From Eledone cirrhosa (taxonomy: Eukaryota): a stretch of DNA of 64,000 bases. Shown here piece after piece: positions 23,956-37,400 of the stretch (positions are counted from its first letter, which is position 1; each line of letters begins with the position of its first letter). The notes below the pieces were generated by a model that did not search any database, was not told the origin of the DNA, and saw only the letters and a list, made by a program, of their open reading frames with translations. The translations under genes and the position numbers were made by a program. The DNA lies in contig OZ024758.1 of the NCBI GenBank assembly GCA_964016885.1, positions 6,820,001 through 6,884,000 on the forward strand. Direction: 5' to 3'.

Positions 23956-25436
23956 CTACAAAATATAGTAAAAACCAATCAGACACATGAATAAATTACA
24001 AATTAATACAATAACAAGAAACAGAAATACTGTTGCTATTGTTAGGAAGGGCATCCAGCCGTAGAAAACCTGCCAGATAGTCCTATATGAGCGAGACACA
24101 GCCACCCAACCAATCTTGCCTCAAGTGGGACAATTCCCATCTAACCCATGCTAGCGTGGAAGATAGACATTAAACGATGATGATGATTGTTTCCTTCATT
24201 AACCCAGCTCAACAATGTAACAAAACAAATCTCATTTAAAACTTTCACACCATTTTTAAGCCCTAAAACTTGTGAAAACATGGAACATGGTTAAGAAATC
24301 TATTTAAAGAGAGTTGATGAGAAACATTCAGCAACATCTCACACAGACATCAATCTAAAATAGAGAATCATCATCCTCGTTGTTTAACAACCTTTTTTTT
24401 TTTACATGGTTTCTACAGTTGGTAGCCCTTCCTATCACCAACCATTTTATTTATATAATCATCACCATTTAACGTCCATGTTTCCATGCTGGCATGGGTT
24501 AGACGAGTTACCTGTTGTGAGCAGGTCAAGTAGTCATGTCTTGCTCATACAGAACCAATTTTGGGTTAGTTTCTACTGGATGTCCTGCCTAGCTCCAACC
24601 GCATTTACAGTACTTTTTGCCCTGACACTTACACAACCACTTTACAGTGTGGGCTGAGCGCTTTTTGTTGTGTCACCATCACAACCACTTTACAGTGTGG
24701 GCTGAGCGTTTTTTGTTGTGTCACCATCACAACCACTTTACAGTGTGGGCTGAGCGTTTTTTGTTGTCACCATCACAACCACTTTACAGTGTGGGCTGAG
24801 CGTTTTTTGTCGCATCAGCATCACAACCACTTTACAGTGTGGGCTGAGCACTTTTTGTTGTGTCACCATCACAACCACTTTACAGTGTGGGCTGAGCACT
24901 TTTTGTTGTGTCACCATCACAACCACTTTACAGTGTGGGCTGAGCACTTTTTGTTGTGTCACCATCACAACCACTTTACAGTGTGGGCTGAGCACTTTTT
25001 GTTGTCACCATCACAACCACTTTACAGTGTGGGCTGAGCGCTTTTTGTTGTGTCACCATCACAACCACTTTACAGTGTGGGCTGAGCACTTTTTGTTGTG
25101 TCACCATCACAACCACTTTACAGTGTGGGCTGAGCGCTTTTTGTTGTCACCATCACAACCACTTTACAGTGTGGGCTGAGCGTTTTTTGTCGCATCAGCA
25201 TCACAACCACTTTACAGTGTGGGCTGAGCGCTTTTTGTTGTGTCACCATCACAACCACTTTACAGTGTGGGCTGAGCGCTTTTTGTTGTGTCACCATCAC
25301 AACCACTTTACGCCCTGTGGCTAGACATATTGTCTTTGATGCGTCGAAAATTCTGAGACCCACAACAGACAAGTGAAGAATGGATCTGACCTTTATTTGT
25401 GTTTTCCTTATATTTCTAAACACTCGTTATATATAT

Positions 25437-25476
<40 letters not shown>

Positions 25477-28400
25477 TAAATAACAGATTAAAGTTTAAGC
25501 AAAGAATCGCTGCTTTCACCCATAACTGAATGATTTTTTTAGTTTCAGAAGACCCCGTTAAGGGTGAAAGCAGTGACTCTTTGCTTAAACTTTAATCTGT
25601 TATTTTAATAAATATTTGCTCTAGGGTTCTTATATATTTGATATATATTTATCCTTATCGAGCCCTCTTTGGATTTTAGTCTTCACATTTATTATTATTA
25701 CTATATATATATATATTCTTCATTAGGGGACTAATTGAAACAGAATTAATTCTGTAAACTAGTCACATAATAAAAACCAATACAATGTTACTCTACTTGC
25801 TGAAGCAGTGACTATTTAGTATTTAAGTTTAGCTATTACAAACAAATACACAGGTATATACACAGACATAAATAAATATCTAAAATACAAACCTGAAGAT
25901 CTTGAGTCAAGAGCCAACACTACTTCCAAACTGTAATTCTCACTGAGTGCTTTCAATAGCTTTTGCCCTTCTTTGTGGAAAAGAAATACCAATGGGATAC
26001 TGACATCACGTTGACCATCACCAGACATTGCAAACAGTGGAGATGATTCACTGCTTGTACCTTCATTATGATCTACAACCACATTTAATAGATTGTAAAG
26101 TATTTTATTATTATTCAATATGAAATAATGAAATACAGTAAATTCTAATTATGTTAGTAAATACATTTAGCACTCAATGAACAGGGAGACCTTTCAAGAC
26201 TAGAGCTTTCCATACGAAGTAGTATACAGATTAGAATCAAGCCCATGTTTCCATCTTCTCTCAAGCAGTCATTTACCATATATATCCAAATATAAGTCGA
26301 CTCCCTATTTTATGCCTGAGAAATAGACAAAAATCTAAACCCTGTTTATAAACCAAGGCAGGTAATCAACACATGTTTATATGGTGTGGTTTTGAAATTC
26401 TCATGAGTGAAGAATATATTTATGAAAATGATTTGAAACTCATAATCAATATCTTTTATTAGATATCATCATCATCATTTTTACATCCATTTTTCCACAC
26501 TTACATGGGTTGGACAGGTCCTTTTCATAAAAAGGGTTTCAGAATGAAGAACTGACAGCAAACTAATTATTTTTCTTGCAATATATTTTCTTTTAAAGAA
26601 AACATTTTAACTTTTAATCATATGAACTTCATTTAAACTATGGTTAGATAAATGTCACTACACTTGATAAAACCTACATTTTCATAAGGTAATTAGTTGA
26701 GGAGAGAAAATGCTCAAAACATTTACGTGTGTTCCCAGGCTGGTCAGATTAATGTTAGTGGAGGAAAACAAAAGATTTGTACAAATCTTTGTACCTAAAA
26801 GCACCAAAGGACAAAGTATTTTTTCACCCAACAATCATCACCCATATGTATTACATGTTCATACCAGCACAACCTCCTCTCCTGCATGTTACATCTGATT
26901 CCTCTTATATACAGTTTTCTCTCACCTCATCCATGCTGTCATTGATGAACACTAAACATTTCACACCCAACGGAGCCTGTACAACTCCTTTCTCTCCAGC
27001 CTTTATATATCTTTTACATTTACTGTCCTTGCCTCACTACTATGCAACTTTGTACACAGGCATCATACAATCCATCCTTTGCTTGGAAAGAAAATGCCTT
27101 TGTTGTCAACAATGGTAGTAGCTCCTTGAACATTTTTCACCCTGTTTTATTCTAGCTACTATCTTTCCTTCATTGTTAATTAGGCCACACAGATAAGAGA
27201 AGCTATCAACTACTTCTATGGAACCTTTGTTGGATTTGAAAATGTTTATTTCATAGGTGCTCTTACTACCAACTAGTCTAGTGCACTGCCACATACAAAG
27301 TCTACTGTCTCTGTTTCTCTGCCTGCAATCCTACCACACCACTTGGGTATTTATATTTTACACTGTGTACACCATATGGAAGTTTTTACTTATTTCTTGT
27401 CTGTATATTGAGCATAGTCAATTGTCTTGTCAACTTTGCTACTTACTAAAACTTTGTCTGTATTCTTACTCTAATAATCTTTGATCTCACCTTTTGAACT
27501 GCAATAACAGACAACCATTGATCACAGTCTGTAGTCAAATTGTCTATTGTTACTCTAATAATCTTTGGTCTAACCTTTCAAGGCTCCATTTTAACACTAT
27601 TAGACATTCTATTCAATATTTGAAGAAGAAAACATCTATATGCTCAACTTTCAACATCAGAAAAGAAAGAATATGGGAAAATAATATGCAGAAGGTGGTT
27701 CAAGCATATGTGATAATGTTGAAAATATTAAGGTTACTGGGAGTGTGATAATGTTGAAAATATTAAGGTTACTGACAAAATACTCACCAATCACAATGCC
27801 ACCTACTGCACCGGCCATTTCCACATTAGTTGCCTAAAATAAAAAATGTAAACAGAAAAGTTTTTAGACAAACATTCTAAGGAAAATATTGTTATATATA
27901 TTTGAAATATTGTTATATGTATAACATTGTATGTTTCAAATATTGTTATATGTATAACATTGTTATATGTATAACATTGTATATGTTTGAAATATGCTTT
28001 TATGTACAATAAAACAATATGTTTCAAATATTGTTATATGAAACTATTCAACCATGTTCCTCATTGTTATCCACTTTCACTTTCTCCATAGCAAATTTCT
28101 ACAGCCAGATTGCTTTCTTGCCGCCAACCTGAACTTTTCTGAATGCTAAAGGTTGACTAACTTAACAGTATTTTGAATGTGAAGATGTGTATGCAAACAC
28201 ACACACACAAACGACAGGCTTCCAAAGATTTCCATCAACTGAATTCACTCAAAGAATTGGTGAACCGAAGGTTATGGCAATACAGAGAGATTCTCCACCA
28301 AAGCAGAATAATTGATCCATGTTAGGTTACGTTTAAAGTCTGTCACAAATCCAGAGGCTCATCATACTACAACTTATCTCGGATTCATTGGAGTTATGTG

Positions 28401-31400
28401 ACTGAAAGCTCAAGACTCCCTTCTGGAGGAGATGCCCATCTTTCTCAGGCTTACCCCCCACTCTTCAGTCCTGAGCAATGTGAAATGAACCCAATGTGCC
28501 ACTTGGTGTAGGATTCAAACCCACACCATTATGATCATAAGCCAAACAACCTGACCACTGAGCCACAATTTATCTATGTGTCACAATGTTGATTCTGTAA
28601 AAATATATCTCTATAACTTGTTAAGATAAATATGATATACTCAATGTGTTATGAAGAGTATAGCACTGTAACTCCTGACGGGGTTTGTAGAGCGCTGTAT
28701 TGACATAGAGCATTTTTAGGGCATTTTCAAACCTGGCAGAGCCCATCCCCTCCCTTGGTCGGGATACAGCAGGTTTCTTCCAGAGAAGGATAGAAAGTGA
28801 GGAAGTGAGAAAGAGACAGAGGAAGAATGGACTGGACTGGTACTTTTTTACTGATCTCGAATGGATGAAAGGCAAAGTTGACCTTGGTGGGATTAGAACT
28901 CAGCAGAAAGCCAGAATATCACAAAGAATTCTATCCGACGTTCTAATGACTCTGCCAATTTGTCACACTAGTATAGATTTTAGCCACATGTAAATAAGCT
29001 AAGAAGGTTTTAATTAGAATTATGATGTATTATGAGTTGAATATCACAATAAATATGTTCATAAATGGTATTAATATTATGTTTTTTTATTTGACAATCA
29101 ACAACTAAACAACCCTCTGGTTATTAAAATAATCCACTGGGAAATTATAATAAATTGAAGTGAAACCCAACAAGTGCATATGTTTTTTATTGGCAACGTG
29201 ACCCTCCCAAAGTATAAAAATCTTAATATTACCTTTTCAATAAACATGCATTCACCTCTTTCTAGGATAGCAATGTTTCCTTTGATATGTCTTGTATTAG
29301 TGAGAGGTGTACAAGCTTTGTACGGCTCAGCAATCATCAACTGGCCTTGGATCTAATTAAAATAATTCAGAAATATGATTAAAGAACAGTGTTGTCATAA
29401 AAATAGTATTTTAACCATGGAATTACTTCCTTCTTATTCCACTAGATTTTAATTTCCACTAATTCAAATAAAAGTAGGGCTACTTGTGTATGTAATGATA
29501 ATGAGCCACAAGAAATACTGCAAGGTATCACACACAATGCTCTAATAATTCTGTCAATTCACCCTCCTGATGATGGATTCTCCACTGATTTCAATAATAA
29601 GCATTCTGTTGTTCTATCAACTGAACGTCCACCTCCAGAATCAAACACTTAAGGAAATATATAAATTCAAAAGAAATTATGTATTTCATGGTTATTTATA
29701 AATTTCCAACAAGTTCATAGATTTCAAAATAACCGTGGGACTTCTAGGGGTCCTGCAAGTAATTCAAGAACTCCTAGTTTTCAAAATAACCATGTGACTT
29801 CTATAATTTCCTTAAATTTATAAACAAAAATATAAGAAGTGGGATACTGTCAGAAACCAGTAGTTTGCAATGACACTGTAATAATCACATGAAAGTGGAA
29901 TATAAATATCTTCCACTTCTTTACTATATCAAAATAGTTTAGCTAAAACTTTAAACTTCTATTTTTAATTGTGACTTAATTTTTACAAAGAAAACTATTT
30001 ATAATCTGACTTTCTTAAGGTAATCATTAATTCATTCTACCTATATTAGGTTCATAACTATAATGAAAATAATAGTAAAATTTCAACAAAGGCAGATAGT
30101 GTATATGAATATTGCAGCTTTCACCCAATTATGTAATAGGGTGAAAGCAGCGATTCTTTGCTTAAACTGTATATATTAAACTGTATATATTTGAATAAAG
30201 TTATAAACACGTACATATATAGTAAAGTAAAAGAACATGATTTATTTACTTACTGGTGAGGAATTCTTGAGGTTGTAACCAAACTGAGCAGGTCCAGCAC
30301 TCAAAACTGAGACATCATCACTACTAGGTGACAAGATCTGCACAAGAAGTGGCTCGTGTTGAGCTAAAGAAAATCAACAGTTTAACTACTGAAACAAAAA
30401 AGTTCAATATGTGACATTTACCTACACATGTACAATACTTTCTTTTGGAGTGAGGTAAAGATGTTTACGCTGCATAACTACTTAACGATTGTCTGAAGAA
30501 GGATTGTGACTGACAACGTTGTGTACCATATTGTAATCATACCCAAACATTATCTTGTAATAAAAATGCTGATTGTTATATATTATAAAAACTCACTCGA
30601 TTAAATCAACCCCAGTGCATTACTGGTACTTTATTGATCCCATGAGGATGAAAGGCAAAGCTAACCCTGGCGGGATTTGAATTACAATAAATAATGACCA
30701 GTGACAATAGTTTTAATAATAATGAGAATGTTAAATATAAACATATTAAATATAAACAGGCCGTCCTGTAGTCCTAGAGAGGAGAGTCAGTTCTCATCCC
30801 TTGATTACTGAGAAAACAAGATAGAAATGGAACTTTTTCAAAGCTTGTACTAAGACTGGGGACAAGGTGATTTTAATACCTGCTTTTATGGCAAGTTTAT
30901 GCAGGTGTTTATGCCCACCACCTCCAACTTTCATTACATGCAATTGAAAAAAATCTGCATTATTTGATGGATGACCCAATAGATTATGTTTGAGAGAAAC
31001 TAAACTGAATACCCGGGTAGTATACAGGAAGACTGATGTATACTTTCTTCTGTTATGGCAGACGATGCCAGAGACTAACCATAACTCCAGACACATTAAG
31101 TATGGTCCCCTAAGACTGAGCTGCCAATGATGATGGGTGATAAGTATGATGTGTATTATAATGTTAAAGAAAAGAAGATGTTTAATCTGTTAAAAGTTAA
31201 CAATCATATATACTTGAATATAAGCCGAGGAATGTGTGACCAATAAATCGATGGTAAAATGGAGGAGGGGGGCTTATATGCACCTTCTAAACAATGGGTT
31301 GATTAACTACCTCAGTTTATAAACGATGTTTGGACTTTCACCAATTTCTCAGACATAAAATAGGGTGGTCGACTTATATTCAAGTACAGTGGAACCTCAG

Positions 31401-34400
31401 TTAACAAACTTAATTCGTTCCTGAAGGACATTCATCATCTGAAAATATTTTTCTCAAACAAAATGTTGAGAGAGAGAGAGAGAGAGAGACTGTGTATGAA
31501 AGACAGATAGATATCACTATAGTAACTAACTACACAAGTGACACTCTCTTGCCAATACTCCAATCTTGTCACCAACCATTGTTGCCGACTTGCGTGATTA
31601 TTAATCGAGACAACATTTGTCAACCAAGATATTTTATGTTCAGAAAAATTTGTTCATGATGAGAGATGTTTGTGAACCAAGGTTCCACTGTATATTCGGT
31701 AAGCATCAAATATATCAGATATCAGGCTTCTTTTTGGAATTACAAATATTAGAATGAAACAATTCACATGAACATCTACCTTCGTTGTGTTGATTCTTGG
31801 AGAATTCAATCATTTCCTGCATGAATTTCATTCCATCTTCGGCATCCATTGGTGAAGCAGCCTGAAAATAAGAACAGAATTGAAATAAGGGACTTTGACA
31901 TGGAAATAGAAAAATGGTATATGGAAAAGAATTGGCAGATAAGATAAAAGAAAATCTTAAGAAAGAAGAGGTGAGTAAAGAAAGGAAAATAAAAATGAGA
32001 GGTAGGAGAGAAAAGTCACTGCAAAAAGTAAGACAAAGTTATTTGAAGAAAGGAGAAAAAGGTTATCGATTGAATCGACCCTAGTGCATTATGGGTGCTT
32101 TATTTGATCAACCCCTTAAAGACGAAAGGCAAAGCTAACCTCGGCAGGATTTGAACTCAGAACGTAAATGGCCGTAACTCTATGCCACAAAGCATGTCCG
32201 ACACCCTATCGATACTGCGAAACCACTGCCCTCAGAGAGTGGGATAATAATAAAAAGAAGAGGTGAAGTCATTATAAATAGTGGAAAATGGAGAATTTAA
32301 TATAAGTGAACAAAATCAACAGTGAAAATACTTGGAAGTTCTAGATTGGAAGCAGCAAGACATAAGAGAGTTCTAGATTGGAAGCAGCAAGACATAAGAG
32401 AGTTCTAGATTGGAAGCAGCAAGACATAAGAGAGTTCTAGATTGGAAGCAGCAAGACATAAGAGAGTTCTAGATTTTCTTGAAGAAGAAAAGAAGGAAAT
32501 TTAAATAACTCAACTCAAAGATATAATAATTGTTTCTACTTTTGGCACAAGACCAGCAATTATCCCAATGCATTACTGGTACTTTATTTTATCGACCCTG
32601 TAGTTATGAAGGAAAAAAAAGAAATAATTAAAAAGATGCCCAGCTTACCTCTGAGGCTGTGTGCAGCAGCTGAATCCTACCATCACTCATGGTCATTAAC
32701 CTAATACCCATTCGACCAAGTATTTCCAGTTGTTCTTTATTTCCTGCCATGAAATCAATTGCACGGAATCTACGGCGATCACTGAAATTCCATAAAATCA
32801 AATAATACTTTTAAATAATATGTAAACAAGGGCAGTGCCCCAGCATGGCCTCAGCCGGATGGGTGAAACAGGTAAAAGAGTAAACATTAATTTGAAATAT
32901 TATTACATTCTTGATTTTAAATTCAGACAACACTATGATTAATATAGTAGTTTAATTATTGTTAATATCTCTTTATAAAATAAAATGGTTAAGTAATTCT
33001 GTACTTAACTCTTTAGCATTTAAACCGGCCATATTTGGCCAGAATTCTCTCACCTCTTTCTGTTCAAACTGGCTGTAACTAGCCACTCATACAGATCACC
33101 AACCACTTTACAGCATATAAATCATGAAACTTTGTTATGATGAAAAGAATCGGGTTATCTGCAAATGTCTAAGTGTGAGTGTTAGTACCACGATAAAATA
33201 TACCCATTCCACTCTGTAAAGTGGTAGTGCTGGGGTCACGAAAAAGCACCTAGTATACCCTGTAAGGCAATTGGCATTAAGGACATCCAGCTGTAGAAAC
33301 CATGCCAAAATATGGAATATAATTAGCAAGACTGGTCATTCTAACACATCTGGTCTCAGACTGTAGCAACCCATCCAACCCATGCCAGCATAGAGAGCAT
33401 TTTAGACATAAAAATGGTGGCGGTGGTGAGGAGGTGGAGAACAGATTAGCTTCATGGTTCTCTTTAGTCAGGCTACCAAAATAACAACTGGTGGGAGAGC
33501 AAACATTCTTGTACATCCATTCACACACAAGAAAAAGATTACAATTAACATCAACTTGTTAAAATTTCAGTGAAAAATATTCATAAATACTTTTTGGGTT
33601 TGGGACTGACTTTTTCAACCATATCCTTCAACTGTTCCCTTACTGAATGAGCATAGTTTGGTTCACCATGGTATATGTGTTTGATGTTGGGGCAAGTCTC
33701 TCTTTCAATGTGCTCAACAGATACCTTTCTCTTTTGGCTAGAATTATTCATTTTATGGTAAGCTTCCAGTCGTATCTTTACATGTAAAAAAAAAAAAAAA
33801 GATAATATATTTTATTCAGGTTAAACAAGTTTATACATACAAACTTTTAACTAGATTGGTTTGAAGTTTTTTTATAATCATTTAAACAGAAAGTGTATTT
33901 TATGATTGCTTTAAAAAAAATTATGTAGAAAAAAGGGCAATGCCCCAGCATGGCCTCAGCTGGAACAGGTAAAAGGGTAAATGAATGAATTTTATAGAAA
34001 ATTGAAGTGCCACCATCTTCAGCTCTAACATAATGAAATTGTTAAGAAAGTAGAACTTAAAATGTTCAGAAATTACAAGAAAAATATCAAATTAAATATA
34101 AAATCAATGTAAAATATGACCTGAAGTAGCTTTAGTTAAATTATATGCAAAATAACAATAAACGGGGATTTGTTTAACTGTTGTTTGTTGTATGACAAAC
34201 ATTTACTAAAGTAAGAACGAGCGATCTACTCCTAATGTCCAGGTCTTGATATCCACTTCACTGGAAGTGCCTTCACTGCTGACCAGTTCAATAATAAGTC
34301 TGCAGTAAAGGTCCTTCAGTCAACAGTCTTTTAAAAGCTCGTAGCAATGCTCAACACTGGGAGCTGAACTGACCAAACACAGTTTGTCACCTGAAATGTT

Positions 34401-37400
34401 TGTAAACCAAAACTATTTTTCCCATATGAAATGTTGAGAGAGAGACTGTGAGTGAAAGACAGATAGATATCACTATAGTAACTAACTACACAGCTAGTGA
34501 TGCTTTCCCATTGATACTCCTAGCAGAGAGGTTTATGTTTGGAAAAATTGTTCATGAACCGATTTGTTCATGATGAGAGGCATTTGTGAACAGAGGTTCT
34601 GTTGTATTAACACAAATTGCTTCAGTATAAAGACAGCAACAAACCTTAGAATGATGTCTCGATGTATTGAAAATGGAGAGTGACAAAGGAAGTAGATGTG
34701 CTTCAGTCGTAAAAATGTAATCATTTAAATCTAGTATCAAATCATCATCTTCAGCAAACAAAAGATATAAATATTTGAAGGTTTCAGCCAAAACAAAGGA
34801 ATCCATTCTGGAAAGATTTTAAGAAAAGCAAACATTAAAAATATATATATATATATACACACATCAAGTTCCTAATTAAATCTCCTATCCAGGCCTGACT
34901 ACAGAGAAGGATATGAAGTGAGAGAATGGAAGTGAGAAAGAGATATAAAGGAAGAATTGACCCCAGTATCGGACTAGTACTTTTTTATCGACCACAAATG
35001 AATGAAAGGCAAAGTTAACCGTGGCAGGATTTGAACTCTGAGGGTAGAGAGCTAAAACGAATACCACAAAGCATTCTATCCAACATTCTAATGACTCTGC
35101 CAAGTTGCTGCCACTCTTTTCTTACTATATTTCTAATAAAAGATATTGCCTATGATTCTCAAATAATTTTGAAAATAATCTAGAATTTGGAAGGATTTAG
35201 TAAATATAATAGAATTTCTCATAATTATGTTGGTGTTTGGAGTTTCTTACATAAAATCTAAAATAAACTTCTTATCATAGAAGGAGGGGGGGGGGGGCAA
35301 TTTGATATTAAAATGGTTACCATATATACTCAAATATAAGCCGACCCCACAATTTTGTCTGAGAAATGAGCAAAAACCCAAACCTTATTTATGTAGAATT
35401 TAAAGTTGGTAAAAATCGTCATATTGACTCTGTTCAGACCTGGAGAGGAGATGGGTTCCACCAGGTTTTAAAATGACAAAGTGACATATCACACACCGTA
35501 TGTCACACCAGCGTCCCTACCACTCCATCATCATCACCGTTTTACGTCCGTTATTCCATGCTAGAATGGGTTAGACGTGTTGTCCTGTTGTGGGCAGTGT
35601 CCGGTCAGCTGACCTTGTCTTGCTCATACAGGAACTGATTCTGGCTTGATTTCTACAGCTGGATGCCCTTCCTAACACTAACTTTATTTAGAGTGAGTGC
35701 TGCGTGCTTTTTTTTTTCCGTGGCGCCTACACGTCCACTTTACAGTGTGGGCTGGGTGCTTTTCTGTCGTGGCACCTCCACGACCACTTTGCAGTGGAAT
35801 GATAGGGACCCCAGTCCTATCATCTCATTTCTACAGCTGAGTAAACTGGAGCAATGTGAAATAAAGTGTCTTGCTCAAGGAAACAACACATCACCCGGTC
35901 CGAGAATTGAATTCACAACCTTTCGATTGCAAGCCTAATGCTCTAACCACTAAGCCATGGATAAAAAATTTTTTAAATGCAAATTTTGAAATTTCAGATA
36001 AAGGATTCTTAGTCTTAGACTAATAATAGAATTGAAAATGAACTTACTGATCTTCATGACTGCCAACAGTAACATCTTTAATAGAAGCAAAACCACATGC
36101 AACTCTAGCATGCTTGTTCAGATTCTGTACCACTTTTTTACCAACTTCTAAATAATGGAGATCATTTGTAGCCTGTAAAATAATCAATCACATGATAATC
36201 AATCAAATGATAATCAGATTTAGAAAACTAAGTTGTGGAATATGGGGAAATAATCATACTGAATGTGGTTTAACCATTTGTTAAGGATCAATGAGCAGAA
36301 GATAGATCAATGTTTGACTCTAGTATGGTAATATATTACCAGTTGGTGTTAGGAAGAGCAGCCAGCCATAGAAACCAAGACAAAATTGGTTCTGACCTCG
36401 ACTTGCCTCAAATAGGACAACCTGTCTAACCCATGCTAGCATGGAAAATGTATATTTAACGATAATGGTGGCGATACCAAAGAACCATCTATATGACAAA
36501 TCTGAATATTCAATAATTACTAGACGAATTGTCCCATTGTGAAACAAGTCAGGTTAGATGACCATGTCTTGCTCATACAGAACCGTTTCTAGCTTGGTTT
36601 CTATGGCTAAATGCCATTCCTAATGCCAACCACATTTATAAGGTGGGCTGGGTGCTTTTTGCCAAGTGACCAACTCAACCACTTTACAGAGAGCGGACCG
36701 CAAGTACTTTTTGATTTTGTCACCAGTATAACCACTTTGCAGGTGCTTTTTGTCATATCACTGACATGACCATATTACAGGGTCAACTAGATGCTTTTTG
36801 TCGTGTTACCAACACGACCACTTTACAGCTAGTTTTGATATAAGTTTCCTTATATAAAGTTAAGCAACATATCTAAGAAATACGAATTCTGAAAAGGATT
36901 TACCTTATATAAAAAATATGTTGATTCAACAAATTCAGGCCGAAGTGGGTGCTGACCCCAGTGGATTCTGAAATCTGTAGTGAAAGCCTTTTGAAAAAAA
37001 AAAGGAGGAAAAGTAGGAGTGTAAATTATAAGGTTAAAAATTACAATAAGTTAGCATTCAAATTACAACCAGATTAAAAATAACAATTCCAAAGTAACCC
37101 AGTTGGTACTCTGCCTACTGTGGACATAAAGCAATTAAATTTCCACAGTAACACAGTTGATATTGTCTACTGTGGACATATAGTAATAACATTTCCACAG
37201 TAACACAGTTGATATTGTTTACTGTGGACATATAGTAATAACATTTCCACAGTAACACAGTTAATACTTTGTCTACTGTGGATATAAAACAATCAAAATT
37301 TCCACAATAACCCAGTTGATATTTTGACTTCTATGGACACATATATGATATGAAAACAATCGACAAAGATCTCAGACCTCATTTGCTTACCGAGTAGGGT

